Source of the DNA: Dehalococcoidia bacterium
GTDB lineage: Bacteria > Chloroflexota > Dehalococcoidia > Lucifugimonadales > UBA3495
Direction of reading: 5' to 3'
NCBI GenBank assembly: GCA_030740155.1
Contig: JASLXV010000069.1
Location: 1-64,000, forward strand
Length of the DNA: 64,000 bases
The first letter of the stretch is position 1; each line of letters opens with the position of its first letter. Both the position numbers and the translations under genes were made by a program. This document shows, piece by piece, positions 19,017 through 29,880 of this stretch. Under the pieces are notes generated by a model, which was given only the letters and a program-made list of their open reading frames with translations, made no database searches and was not told the origin of the DNA.

Positions 19017-21713
19017 ATGGACGAACACGCGGTCCAAATCCTTCTGGTTGAAGACGAAGAGGCCCACGCCGAGATGGCTCGGCGCGCCTTCGCAGCCCAC
19101 GGCGGGCGGTTTCAATTGACGATCGCGGGCAGCCTGGTGGAGGCCCGGGCGCATCTGGCGGAGGCCAGCCCGAACCTGGTTATCGCCGGCCTGCGCCTGC
19201 CCGACGGACTGGGGACCGATCTGATGCCGGCCGAGACAAATGGCCACGCGGTTCCCTTGGTGGTGATGACATCCCAAGGCGACGAGAGGTCCGCGGTGGA
19301 ATCCATGAAGGCCGGAGCGGTGGACTACGTGGTCAAGTCGGACGCCGTTCTGGCCGATGCGCCCCACATCGCCGAGCGCGCCTTGAGAGAGTGGGAGAAC
19401 ATTTCCGAGCGTAGGAGAGCAGAGGAGGCGTTGCGCCTGATCGAAGGACGGTACCAAAAGATTTTCGACAACTCCAACGACGCCGTATTCCTGATTGACC
19501 CGGGTCTGGATACCATCGTCGAGGTCAATCCCAGGGCTTGCAGCATGCTCGGTTACACTCGGGACGAATTACTGTCAGTCTCCATCTCGACCGTACACCC
19601 CGGGAAGAATATGGCCGAGCTACAAGAGTTTGCCCGATCGGTGTTTGAGACCGGCAAGGGCTGGACCAACGAGTTGACCTGCTACACCAAAGACGGCCGG
19701 ACCCTGCCCGCCGAGATATCAGCCTCATCCATTGACATCGGCGGCCGGCCCCACATGATTGCCATGGTTCGGGACATCACCGAGCGCAGGCGGGCGGAGA
19801 AGGCGTTGCACTATAGCAAGGCCAGGAGCGCCGCGATCTTGGAATCCGCTTCCGAGGGTATTCTGGTCGTCGACAGTGCCGGCCTCATCGTGATCGTCAA
19901 CGCCCGGACCGAAGCTCTATTTGGCTACAACCGGGACGAACTCGCAGGGCGTCCGGTCGAGATGCTGATCCCCGAATACCTCCAGGGGAGCCACGCGGTC
20001 CACCGGCAACGTTTCTTCTCATTCCCGCACCGGCGGGTGATGGGCTCCGACCTGGCATGCGTCGGGCGATGTAAGGATGGGAGCCAGTTTCCAGCGGACA
20101 TCAGCCTGAACTCGGTCGAGACAGAAGAGGGAGTACTCGCGATAGTCTGCATCGTAGACCAGACCGAGCGCCAACAGGTGGAGGAGGAAGTCCGAAAACT
20201 GTCCCACGCCGTTGAGCAAGTCTCCGTGGCCGTTGCTCTCACCGATCTCCAGGGCCGGTTTGAGTACGTCAACCCCGCGTTTACCCAAATCACCGGCTAT
20301 AGCTTGGAGGATGTCAAAGGAAAGAATCCGAGTATCTTGAAATCGGGTCTGACTTCGCGTGAAGATTACAGCTACCTGTGGAAGACGATTCTCTCCGGCG
20401 GAGAGTGGCGGGGAGAGTTCCATAACAGAAAGAAGGACGGCGAGCTTTTCTGGGCGTCCGCGTCCATCTCCTCTATCAAAAACCCGAAAGGAATCATTAC
20501 CCATTTCATTGCCGTTGAGGAAGACATTACCGAGCGCAAGCGGGCGGAGGAGGCGCTAAGCCGGCTGGCTAAGGAAACTGCTTTGGTAGCCGAAATTGGC
20601 CGGATCATCAGCTCATCGTTGGATGTCGACGAAGTTTACGAACGCTTCTGCCAGGAGGTACAGAAGCTCATCGCATTCGATAGGATCGCCATCAACCTTG
20701 TCGATCTCGAAAACTACACCTTCTCCAGCACCTACGTGTGGGGGGTCGAAACTCGGGAAATGCGACGGTGGCAGACCTTTTCGATGGCGGGGTCGTTCGT
20801 GGAAAAGGCGGTCCAAACCAGGTCGGCGCAACTGGCCCACTTCCACAGCGAGGAAGAATTGGCCCGACAGATTCCTCGATTGCTGCACAGTTACAAGGCC
20901 GGCCTTGTTTCCTTCCTCGCGGTCCCACTGGTGTCCAAGGGAGAAGTAGTGGGCGTTATTTTCTTTCAGTCAGCCAAGCACGGCGCTTATACCGAAAGGG
21001 ACGTTGCCCTGGCGGAAAGGGTGGGGGCCCAGATCGCCGGCACCATCGCCAATGCGCGACTCTACGCCCAATGACTACTGGCCGAGGACCGGCTCAGAGC
21101 TTCGCTCAACGAGAAAGAGGTGCTCGTCAAGGAAATCAACCACCGGGTCAAGAACAATCTGCAGATCATCTCCAGCCTTCTCAGCCTGCAGTCCAGAGAC
21201 ATCCAAGACCAGGGGGCCCTCCAGGTATTCAAGGTCAGCCAGGACCGCATCAAGGTGATGGCTCTGGTTCACGAAATGCTCTACCAGTCCGAGGACCTGG
21301 GCCGAATCGACTTCGGCGAATACCTCAGCAGCCTGACCTCGGACCTGTACAACGCCTACGGTCTCGGTACCCAAGGAATCGAATTGAAGATCGACGTCGA
21401 ACGAATCTTTCTAGGGGTCGACACGGCAATCCCCTGTGGCCTGATCGTCAACGAACTGGTCTCGAACTCCCTGAAACACGCGTTTCCGGAAGGCGAGACC
21501 GGCGAGATAAGTGTGAGCGTTCGCGGGGAGGATGACCAGTTTACAATGGTGGTCAAAGACAGCGGTGTGGGGCTCCCGGAAGGCTTGGACATTCAACAAT
21601 CGAAAACGCTGGGCCTTACGATAGTCAAAGCCCTGACGCAGCAGATAAACGGCGCCATCGATCTGAGCAGCCACGACGGATCGCTAATCAGCATCACGTT
21701 TCCAGTGCCGTAG
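19017..21713 (+). pseudogene. Hybrid REC-PAS(x3)-GAF-HisKA_2 histidine kinase interrupted by in-frame TGA at 21072-21074
   Basis: ORFs 19017..21074 and 21120..21713 share a frame: [35 protein letters not shown]. HATPase motifs [10 protein letters not shown] and DSGVG. Confidence 0.8.
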
Positions 21714-21731
21714 CGACAAGGAAGTTCCTTT

Positions 21732-23279
21732 ATGGGCAAAGCCCGAGTCCTGGTGGTCGAAGATGAGGCGATCGTAGCTATTGACCTGAAGTATAAGTTG
21801 GAGGCCCTGGGATACTGTGTCCCCAGCGTCACCAGATCCGGGGAGGAGGCCATCGCATTGGCCGCCGAATTGAACCCCGATTTGGTCCTGATGGACATCA
21901 AGCTAGATGGGGATGTCGACGGAATCGACGCCGCTCGGCAGATTTGGGGCCGGCTCGACGTTCCAGTGGTATATCTCACCGCCCATGCGGATGACACCAC
22001 GCTGCAGCGGGCCAAGATGACCGAGCCTTTTGGCTATCTGCTCAAACCCCTGGACCAGAGGGCGCTCCTGACTATCGTCGAGATTACCATCCACAAGCAT
22101 CGGGTGGAGCGAAAGCTAAGAGAAAGCGAACGGTGGCTGGCCGCGGTACTCCGAAGCACCAGCGACGCCATTGTCACGGCGGACGCCACCGGATGCATAA
22201 CCTATATGAACCCGGTCGCCGAGGCGTTGATGGGCCGCGCGAAAGGGGACGCTCTCGGCAACGACTTGGCGGCTCTTTTCGACGTCACCGGCGAACAGGG
22301 CCGGAGTTCCGCCGAGAACCCTGTTACGCGGGCGTTTCGGGAGAGTACCGTCGTCCAGCTAGCCGATGATAGCGCCCTCGTTTCAAAGAGTGGGCGGACA
22401 ATCTCCCTCGGCGGCACCGCGGCGCCCATGTGGGATGACGCCCGGAAAGTCACCGGCGTCGTCCTGACTTTCCGCGACATCTCCGAGCGAAAGCGGGCCG
22501 AGAGCGAACTGGCCGCGGCCTTGGAAAGAGCCCGGGAGGCTGACCGCCTTAAATCGCAGCTTCTTTCCACCGTATCCCACGAACTCCATACCCCGCTGGC
22601 GGCAATAAAAGGCTTCGCCACCACCCTGCTGGACAATGAAGACAAGCTGGAATACGGGGAGCGACGGGAGTTCCTGCAAGAGATCGACGCCGCTTCCGAC
22701 CGCCTCACCAACCTGATCGCCCAACTCCTCGAGTTCTCCCGGATGGAGGCAGGCCTGCTGCCCATCGAGCAGGTCCCGACAGAGGTTAACGAGGTCCTGG
22801 CGGGAGCACTGAGCCACTGGCGAATCCGCGCGCCGGAACGATCCGTCGCCGTCGTCGTGCCCCAAGCCTTGCCCAAGGCCATGGCCGATCCCCGTCGCCT
22901 GCGCCAGGTGTTGGACAACCTGCTGGAAAACGCGCACAAATACACCCCGGCCCATTGCCTGGTGTCGATAGAGTGTGTCGAAACCGTCAGCGACGGGAAG
23001 CCGATGGTCCAACTTACCGTGCGGGACGAGGGCCCGGGGATACCCGCGGAGCAGCTGGAACGCATTTTTGATCCGTTCCAGCAGGCGGATGCGGCCGGCC
23101 GCCAGGCGGGTGGAGTCGGCTTGGGCTTGGCGATCTGCCGTCGCATCATCGACGCCCAGCAAGGCCGCATCTGGGCCGAGAGTTCAGTCGGCCAAGGAGC
23201 CGCATTCGTCATGACGCTTCCGGTAGCGGGCGGCAAGCGGCGCCGGGTCAGTCGGGGAGAAAGACCCCGCGCCGACTGA
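21732..23279 (+). CDS. Hybrid REC-PAS-HisKA-HATPase sensor kinase
   Basis: VLVVEDE/LMDI receiver, PAS, SHELHTPL, NLLENAHKY, DEGPG, GVGLGL. Confidence 0.92.
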   Translation: MGKARVLVVEDEAIVAIDLKYKLEALGYCVPSVTRSGEEAIALAAELNPDLVLMDIKLDGDVDGIDAARQIWGRLDVPVVYLTAHADDTTLQRAKMTEPFGYLLKPLDQRALLTIVEITIHKHRVERKLRESERWLAAVLRSTSDAIVTADATGCITYMNPVAEALMGRAKGDALGNDLAALFDVTGEQGRSSAENPVTRAFRESTVVQLADDSALVSKSGRTISLGGTAAPMWDDARKVTGVVLTFRDISERKRAESELAAALERAREADRLKSQLLSTVSHELHTPLAAIKGFATTLLDNEDKLEYGERREFLQEIDAASDRLTNLIAQLLEFSRMEAGLLPIEQVPTEVNEVLAGALSHWRIRAPERSVAVVVPQALPKAMADPRRLRQVLDNLLENAHKYTPAHCLVSIECVETVSDGKPMVQLTVRDEGPGIPAEQLERIFDPFQQADAAGRQAGGVGLGLAICRRIIDAQQGRIWAESSVGQGAAFVMTLPVAGGKRRRVSRGERPRAD

Positions 23280-23335
23280 AGTGGCGGCCGCAGTCGTTTA
23301 CCTAACGCCTGCTCTTGTCCTAGATCTAGTCCTCT

Positions 23336-24052
23336 CTAGCTCGATAGATATTGGCGGACCTCCAGCAGCAGCGCCACGAATTCGTCCTTGGACAGCCTTC
23401 CGGTGTTGGTGTTGCGCGGGCTGGGATGGTAGGAAGCGACCATCCGGGGAAGGTCCGCGCCGGGATGGTACCAGGAGCCGTGAGCGAACGTGCCTTTCAC
23501 CGGCTCTCCCTTGATGCGGGCCAGGGCTCGCAGGCAAGCCTGAAAGGCGACGTGGCCCAGGACGAGAATTGTCCGCACCCGGGGGAGAATGCCTATTTCC
23601 GAGACCAGGTAAGGCAGGCAGGCCTGTTGCTCTTCGGAGGTCGGCCGATCCCCCGGAGGGACGCATCGCACCGCGGCGCAAATGTAGGCGTCCCGCAGTT
23701 CCAACCCGTCTCCTCGATGCTCGGAGGTAGGTTGGTTCGCGAAGCCCGCCTGGTGCAACGCGGCCATGAGGAACTTGGCGGAGAGGTCGCCGCTGAACAG
23801 GCGGCCGGTTCGGTTGGCCCCGTCGGCCGGCGCCAGGCCGACGACCATCAGGGAAGCCGAGGGGTCGCCAAAGCCGGGGACGGGCCTCGACCAGTATTCC
23901 CAGCCGGCGTAACGGGGTCTCTTCACCTCTCCCATGTGTTCCCGATGCTCCACCAGGCGAGGGCACAGGCGGCAGGCGATGACCCGCCGCTCAAGCGCGG
24001 CGAGCCGCCGCCCCACTACTGCCGTGTCCCCAGGTGGGTAAGCGTGGCTCAA
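23336..24052 (-). CDS. Uracil-DNA glycosylase (family 5/UdgB-like, Fe-S)
   Basis: CRLCPRL, PVPGFGD, GLAP..GANRTGR, VRCVPP, SYHPSPRNTNTG. Confidence 0.88.
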   Translation of the reverse strand: MSHAYPPGDTAVVGRRLAALERRVIACRLCPRLVEHREHMGEVKRPRYAGWEYWSRPVPGFGDPSASLMVVGLAPADGANRTGRLFSGDLSAKFLMAALHQAGFANQPTSEHRGDGLELRDAYICAAVRCVPPGDRPTSEEQQACLPYLVSEIGILPRVRTILVLGHVAFQACLRALARIKGEPVKGTFAHGSWYHPGADLPRMVASYHPSPRNTNTGRLSKDEFVALLLEVRQYLSS

Positions 24053-24102
24053 TTGTGGGTTCCCTCCCGGCCTCCGCGGGCGTCGATGCTATACTCTCCG
24101 GT

Positions 24103-24978
24103 ATGACCGCCCTATCCGTCGGCCTGGTTCTCCTTTCGGCCTTTGCCCACTCCACCTGGAACCTCTGGCTCAAACGCTCGTTCGATAAAGAGGTCTTCGT
24201 CTGGTGGCTGATGGTCACGGCCGGCATCTTGATGTTCCCCCTCGGCGCCGCCTTGTTCTGGTTCAACTCCGTCGGCACGCCGGGGTGGTGGTTCCTGCTG
24301 GCCACGATAGTCCTCCACATACTCTACTTCGTCTTGCTGGGCCGCGGCTACACCCGGGGTGACCTGTCCCTGGTCTACCCCATCGCCCGGGGAGTCGGCC
24401 CCATGCTGGTGCCCGTTCTTGCCGTGGCACTCCTGAGCGAGAGCATCGCGGCGCCGGCCATCATCGGCATCGTCGCCATCGTCGGCGGAATCTACACGGT
24501 TTCCTGGTGGGGCAACTTCCGGCGACTGGCCAGCCACCCGCTGGACCTGCTGAAGAACGCCGATACCCGCTACGCAATCCTGACCGGCCTCACCATAGCC
24601 AGCTACACCATTGTCGACAAAAAGGGTGTCGACCACGTGCAGCCATTCCTCTACATGTACCTGATGACCTTGGGTTCGGCGCTGGGACTGACTCCGTACA
24701 TCCTGCGGCAGCGGGGGAGCGGCGCCATCCGCCGGGAGTGGCGCGCCAACGCGGTCCTCATCGTGCTCGGCGCCCTCCTCATCTTCCTGGCCTACGGACT
24801 GGTGCTGACCGCCTTCTCCCTGTCCAGGGTCAGCTACGTGGCGCCGGTCCGCGAGGTGGGCATCGTCATCGGGGTGCTATTCGGGGTGTTCCTTCTCAAA
24901 GAGCCCTTCGGCCGGGGCCGGTTGCTGGGTTCCGGCCTCATCATCCTCGGCGTGGTGCTCATCGCGCTCTCGCCCTAG
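24103..24978 (+). CDS. EamA/DMT family transporter
   Basis: LLSAFAHSTWN, GDLSLVYPIARG, YTIVDK, VAPVRE; about 10 TM segments. Confidence 0.9.
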   Translation: MTALSVGLVLLSAFAHSTWNLWLKRSFDKEVFVWWLMVTAGILMFPLGAALFWFNSVGTPGWWFLLATIVLHILYFVLLGRGYTRGDLSLVYPIARGVGPMLVPVLAVALLSESIAAPAIIGIVAIVGGIYTVSWWGNFRRLASHPLDLLKNADTRYAILTGLTIASYTIVDKKGVDHVQPFLYMYLMTLGSALGLTPYILRQRGSGAIRREWRANAVLIVLGALLIFLAYGLVLTAFSLSRVSYVAPVREVGIVIGVLFGVFLLKEPFGRGRLLGSGLIILGVVLIALSP

Positions 24979-25086
24979 AGACCGTGGGCCCGGTTCTTTC
25001 TGGCGACGGCGAACCCTCGCGGGCCACTTGGGGTGCTGTATAATGTCCCCGCCCCGGTAACCGTTACGAAAGGCGGATAAACAAGA

Positions 25087-26169
25087 ATGACCGATCGAGA
25101 TAGACTGGTCAACTCCTTCTGCGAACTGGTGCGTATCGACAGCCCTTCCGACGAGGAAGAGGAGGTAGCGCTGCATCTGGTGGAACGGCTGCGCGGCCTT
25201 GGCTTTCAGGTGGACCGGGACGCCCATGGCAACGTGATCGCCTCCGAGCCGGGCGATGATCCGTTGCTGCTCTCGGCCCACATGGATACGGTGGAACCGG
25301 GACGGGGCATCAAGCCCCAGGTATTGGGTGACCGGATCGAGTCGGACGGCACCACCATCCTCGGAGGCGACTGCAAGGCAGGGGTGGCGTCGATCCTTGA
25401 AGCCTTGGAATCGCTGAAGGACCGGAACGAGGCCCGGCGCCCGGTCCAGGTGGTGTTGACCCGGGGTGAGGAGATCGGCCTGGTGGGGGCCAGCAACCTG
25501 GACTATTCGATGATCCGGGCCCGAGAGGCGGTGGTCTTCGACGGCAACGGGCCGGTGAACCACATCACCGGCGCCAGTCCCACCTACATGCGCTTCGACG
25601 TGACGGTCAAGGGGCGCGCCGCCCATGCCGGGGTGGAGCCGGAAAAGGGGCTCTCGGCCATCCGAATCGCCGCGGACATCATCGGGGAGTTGCCCCACGG
25701 CCGGCTCGACGAGGAAACCACCTTCAATGTCGGGATGATTTCCGGCGGGTCGGTGCGCAACGCGGTGCCGGCGGAGGCCACCTTCGGCGGTGAGTTCCGC
25801 AGCCGCAACACCGAGACGCTGGACCTGCTGCGAATGCAGGTGACCACCACCCTCGAGCAGGCGAGAAAGCGATACCAGGACGCCATCATCCATGAAGAGC
25901 TGGAGGTGATGTTCCACATGTACAACCTCAACCCCAATGATCCCATCGTCCGCCTGGTAACCGGGGTGATGGAGGAGATGCGCCTCAGCCCGAACATCCG
26001 GCCGTCCGGCGGCGGCACCGACGCCAACGCCATGCGGCTCAAAGGCATCGACTGCGTGGTGGTGGGGATGTCCACCAACGAGATGCACACGATCAAAGAG
26101 TACGTGGTCGTTCCCGACTTGGTGGACACCGCCAGGTTTTGCGAAAGGGTGATAACCGTCAAGGTCTAG
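25087..26169 (+). CDS. M20/M25/M40 metallopeptidase (peptidase T-like)
   Basis: SAHMDTV, GGDCKAG, GEEIG, AHAGVEPEKG, GGTDAN, H-T-x-x-E. TATAAT at 25039. Confidence 0.9.
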   Translation: MTDRDRLVNSFCELVRIDSPSDEEEEVALHLVERLRGLGFQVDRDAHGNVIASEPGDDPLLLSAHMDTVEPGRGIKPQVLGDRIESDGTTILGGDCKAGVASILEALESLKDRNEARRPVQVVLTRGEEIGLVGASNLDYSMIRAREAVVFDGNGPVNHITGASPTYMRFDVTVKGRAAHAGVEPEKGLSAIRIAADIIGELPHGRLDEETTFNVGMISGGSVRNAVPAEATFGGEFRSRNTETLDLLRMQVTTTLEQARKRYQDAIIHEELEVMFHMYNLNPNDPIVRLVTGVMEEMRLSPNIRPSGGGTDANAMRLKGIDCVVVGMSTNEMHTIKEYVVVPDLVDTARFCERVITVKV

Positions 26170-26208
26170 GCGCCTCTTCCCGGCCGGGAGAGGTACTCGC
26201 CCCAAAGC

Positions 26209-26329
26209 TGTCATTCCGAACAGCGAAGCGATACTGTCGTTCCGAATCAAGCGAAGAATCTGGTGGTGGGCTCCCGAGGGCGAGCGTGAACCCATCACAC
26301 CGGTCCCCTCGCTCCACTTGGGATGACAT
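26209..26329. repeat. REP-like element (TGTCATTCCGA...GGGATGACA family)
   Basis: Inverted ends TGTCATTCC / GGGATGACA. Related copies at 34581-34788, 48915-49110 and near 13070. Confidence 0.55.
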
Positions 26330-26410
26330 CTTCCAGGGTACTTTTGAGGCGAGGCCGTCGGCAGGGGCAAGCCCGAAGGGCTATTCTCACAGGAAGGTCA
26401 CGAGCGCGAA

Positions 26411-27193
26411 ATGAACGGTGCAGAGCTTAAAGCGAAGCTGACAGCCGGGGGCCGGGTCTACGGCACCATGCTGAGCATTCTGACGACCCCTCGCTGGGTT
26501 CCGATCCTCAGCGGGGTCGGCCTGGACTACGTGATCATCGACACCGAGCACAACCCCCGCAGCCGGGGCGAGCTGGGCGATTTACTGACCATGTTCAACA
26601 CCACCGACATCGCGCCCCTCGTCCGCATCCCCATACCCGATTCCCACTACGTCACCATGGCCATGGATGCCGGGGCCCAGGGCGTGCTGGCCCCCTACTG
26701 CGAACGGGTGGAGCAGGTGAAGGAGGTGGTGGGGGCGGCCAAATGGCGTCCCCTGAAGGGGGAGGCGGTGGCCCGCGTGGTAGAAACGGGCGAGCACGTG
26801 AGCGACGCTACCAGGGCCTATTTGGAGGACCGGAACCGGAACAGCGTAGCCATCATCGGCATCGAGAGCGTCGCGGCAGTCAACAACCTGGAGAAGATAC
26901 TGGAGGTGCCCGGCATCGACGGTATCTTTGTCGGCCCCAATGACCTGAGCATCTCTCTGGGAATACCCGACCAGTACGACCGGCAAGAGTACCGCGACAC
27001 CGTCAAACATGTCATCGATACCGCCGGGCTCAGGGGGGTCCCCGTGCTGGTGCACCACCAAACGCCGGAGCTTGCCACCTTCTGGATGAGTCAGGGCGCC
27101 CGCTTCATCCTCCACAGCGCCGACCGCCGGGCGATGGCCGAGGGATTCCGCGCCGACTTCACCCGGTTGCGGGACTACGCCAAAGAGCTTTAG
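26411..27193 (+). CDS. HpcH/HpaI aldolase family protein
   Basis: IIDTEH, PLVRIP, IGIES, FVGPNDLS. Confidence 0.9.
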   Translation: MNGAELKAKLTAGGRVYGTMLSILTTPRWVPILSGVGLDYVIIDTEHNPRSRGELGDLLTMFNTTDIAPLVRIPIPDSHYVTMAMDAGAQGVLAPYCERVEQVKEVVGAAKWRPLKGEAVARVVETGEHVSDATRAYLEDRNRNSVAIIGIESVAAVNNLEKILEVPGIDGIFVGPNDLSISLGIPDQYDRQEYRDTVKHVIDTAGLRGVPVLVHHQTPELATFWMSQGARFILHSADRRAMAEGFRADFTRLRDYAKEL

Positions 27194-27394
27194 CCGCAAT
27201 TGCCCCAGGCGGTAGGGCACGGAAGCCTCTCTCGATCGAGCCCCCGGGGTGACGGCCCGGATTCCAAGCCATTCAGGGCACACTGTAATAGGGGAATTTT
27301 GGGTTCGCGGCCGCTGGCTTCCGGGTGGAGAATTCTTGACGGTCCAGGCATCCTGGACCGGGGTGGCGCGGCAGCGCCGAAAAGGAGATGGGTC

Positions 27395-28267
27395 ATGCCA
27401 AACAGACGTTACGGTGAACTGGTTCCGGGCTACGAGCTTCCCGAGTTCCAGCTCAAGATCAAGAACACCTCGGATAGCGGCATCCACGACGACGCCACGG
27501 CGAGCGGTTACGGCTACAAAGGCGGCCTGGTTCCAGGCAATACGATATACTCCTACATGTCTCGAGGCCTGGTGGGCTACTTCGGCAGTGCCTGGCTCGC
27601 CTCGGGCCAATTGCAGGTCCGGTTCGCCCGGCCACTCTATGAGGGAGAGGATATGACCTGCAAGTACGTGGTGACGGAGCGGGTTGAGGAAGCCGCCGGA
27701 GAGCGGGTCCTTTTCGACTTTACGGCGGAAAACGGTGGAGGTGAATCGTGCGCGCGCGGTTCGGGAAGCCTCCTCCTGGGAGAGAGCCCGGCCGCGCCCG
27801 AGGAACTGCCCTTCGTAGCCGCGGCCCGACGGGGGAACTTGCCGGAAATACCCATGATCACGCCGGGCAACGTTGCCTTGAACCTGGCCTTCGAGCCCGA
27901 GCGTATAGAGGACTCCACCGAATCCAATGATGCCTACATCGTCCGGGTCAGCGACCCTCTGCCCATCTACCAACGCCTCATGCATCCAGGATGCCTGCTG
28001 CGATGGACTACCCTCGCCGAGAAAGCGCTGCGGGAACGGCCGGGCTCCCCGGATTTGGGCCCCGCGATGCATACCGCCTACAAGGTGGAGAATTTTGGGC
28101 CAGCTCTAGCGGGACGGCCGTACACCGTCTACGGTACTTTCATCGAGGACTACAACCGCAAGGGGCACGATTACTACACCACGGACACCATCATATGTGA
28201 CGAGCTATCAGGGCCCGTGGCCCGGGTGCAGATGACAACGATCTATCACCTCAAGCCGAAAGAGTAG
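27395..28267 (+). CDS. Double hotdog-fold (MaoC-like) protein
   Basis: IHDDATA..GYKGGLVPG and VRFARPLYEG in the N-half; degenerate second hotdog domain. AGGAG RBS. Confidence 0.7.
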   Translation: MPNRRYGELVPGYELPEFQLKIKNTSDSGIHDDATASGYGYKGGLVPGNTIYSYMSRGLVGYFGSAWLASGQLQVRFARPLYEGEDMTCKYVVTERVEEAAGERVLFDFTAENGGGESCARGSGSLLLGESPAAPEELPFVAAARRGNLPEIPMITPGNVALNLAFEPERIEDSTESNDAYIVRVSDPLPIYQRLMHPGCLLRWTTLAEKALRERPGSPDLGPAMHTAYKVENFGPALAGRPYTVYGTFIEDYNRKGHDYYTTDTIICDELSGPVARVQMTTIYHLKPKE

Positions 28268-28350
28268 CGACGGGGGCTTAGTAGTCTATCACTCGCAAGG
28301 GCATAACATGACACGCGGTCAAGCACAAATGTGTCCCACATATAACTGCA

Positions 28351-28629
28351 ATGGCCACTAGGACGGTCATACATCTTAGCAAGAACAACAGCTCGTGGGA
28401 CCCCGTTAGCCAAGGACTGTGGGTTACCAAGACTGACGTGGTCGAGCTTCATCGGTGCGCTTACCGAGTGTTCTTAGCCCACCAACAACGTCGTCCCTAT
28501 TCCGAATATCTCACCAAACCAGTACAGCAGTTGCTCTCGCTGGGCATCAGCACCGAAGAACGTGTTGTGTCTCAGACAGTCGGCCATCTCGAGCATAAGC
28601 ATCGATTTGCCACCGCAATTGCCATGTGA
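28351..28629 (+). CDS. Hypothetical or remnant ORF in a lower-GC patch
   Basis: 92-aa ORF in a visibly AT-richer intergenic stretch; no clear family. Confidence 0.3.
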   Translation: MATRTVIHLSKNNSSWDPVSQGLWVTKTDVVELHRCAYRVFLAHQQRRPYSEYLTKPVQQLLSLGISTEERVVSQTVGHLEHKHRFATAIAM

Positions 28630-28703
28630 CCCACTGGGAAAGCAACTCGGACTGCAGACGCAATAGGGCATGGGACACAGGCTGACCGCTGCCGCCTTGA
28701 CCG

Positions 28704-29861
28704 CTACTTCGTCAGGATGTGCACGGTGGTCACGTCGCCCGCCCCGGAGCACTGGGCTAGGCCCACCTTTGGGTTGCCCACCTGTCGTCGCGGTCCGGCT
28801 TCCTGCCGCAGCTGGGTGACGGTCTCGTGGATCATCCGGATGCCGGTGGCGCCAAAGGGGTGGCCCATGGCCAACAGCCCGCCGTCGGTATTAGTGGGAA
28901 TGTCCCCGGAGAGGGCCGTTCGACCCTCCACGGTGGCCTGCCACGCCTGGCCGAAGGGGACCAGGTGCAGGGATTCAAGCTGTTGCAGCTCGCCGATGGT
29001 GGCGGCGTCGTGGACCTGCACCAGGTCCACGTCCTCCGGCCCGAGGCCGCTCATCTCGTAGGCTTCCAGGGCCGCGGGCTCGGTCCGGTAGGGGCTGAAC
29101 GCCGAGTGGTCGCTGCCCCGGCCGTTGTAGCTGCCGGAGCGCAGCACCGCCGCGGTCACGCGGACGGCCCGTTCCTTGGCTACTCCGTAGCGGTCCATGG
29201 AGTCCGCGGCGCACAGGACGGCGGCGGCGGCGCCCTCGCTGGTGGGACAGCACTGGAATAGAGTCAGGGGATCGGAGATCAGGCGCGAGCCCAGGACCTG
29301 CTCCAGGGTGTGGGTCTCTTTTCGGTGGGCGTAGGGGTTGAGGGCGCCGTTCTGCCGGGCCTTCACCGACACCTGGGCCAGGGCGGAGGCCGGCGCGCCC
29401 GTATCCTCCATGTAGCGGCGCATCCGCAGGGCATACCCGGCCATCATGTGGTCCCCGCCGATGTAGCGCTCCGGACTATCCTCGGCGGTCACGGTGACCG
29501 GCCCCCGGGGCACTTTCTCGGCCCCAAAGGCCAGCGCCAGGTCGAACACCCCGCTGGCGACGCCCCAGTAGGCCTGCCAGAAGGCGGTGGACCCGCTGGA
29601 GCAGGCGTTCTCCACGTTGATTATGGGTATCCCGGTCAGGCCCAGCTTTCCCAGGGCGGTTTCCCCCACCGACATTCCGTGGTAGTAGACGTGGCCGAAG
29701 TAAGCCACCGGGATGTCCTTCCAGCGGACCTCCGCATCCTTGAGGGCGGCTACCACCGCCTCCAACGCCAATGCGGCCAAGTCTTTGCTCGGAAACCTGC
29801 CGAAGGGGTGCAAGCCTACTCCGGCGACCATCACCTCGCGGCCTGGGCGGAACTGGGTCAC
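28704..29861 (-). CDS. Thiolase family protein (SCP2/SCPx-type)
   Basis: NVENACSSGS, QCCPTSEGA, QVHDA, NTDGGLLAMGHP. Confidence 0.9.
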   Translation of the reverse strand: MTQFRPGREVMVAGVGLHPFGRFPSKDLAALALEAVVAALKDAEVRWKDIPVAYFGHVYYHGMSVGETALGKLGLTGIPIINVENACSSGSTAFWQAYWGVASGVFDLALAFGAEKVPRGPVTVTAEDSPERYIGGDHMMAGYALRMRRYMEDTGAPASALAQVSVKARQNGALNPYAHRKETHTLEQVLGSRLISDPLTLFQCCPTSEGAAAAVLCAADSMDRYGVAKERAVRVTAAVLRSGSYNGRGSDHSAFSPYRTEPAALEAYEMSGLGPEDVDLVQVHDAATIGELQQLESLHLVPFGQAWQATVEGRTALSGDIPTNTDGGLLAMGHPFGATGIRMIHETVTQLRQEAGPRRQVGNPKVGLAQCSGAGDVTTVHILTK

Positions 29862-29880
29862 GGCATTGCCTCCTCGGTGA

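Noticed and set aside
21072..21074. In-frame TGA in the histidine kinase as selenocysteine
   Set aside because: It sits in a coiled-coil linker where Arg (CGA) fits, with no Cys or redox motif context and no obvious SECIS-like hairpin.
24877..28072. Long antisense ORFs (24877..26370, 26582..28072; likewise 7313..8485, 56558..57745, 58267..59631)
   Set aside because: They are shadows of well-supported genes on the opposite strand, typical of high-GC DNA, and have no motifs.
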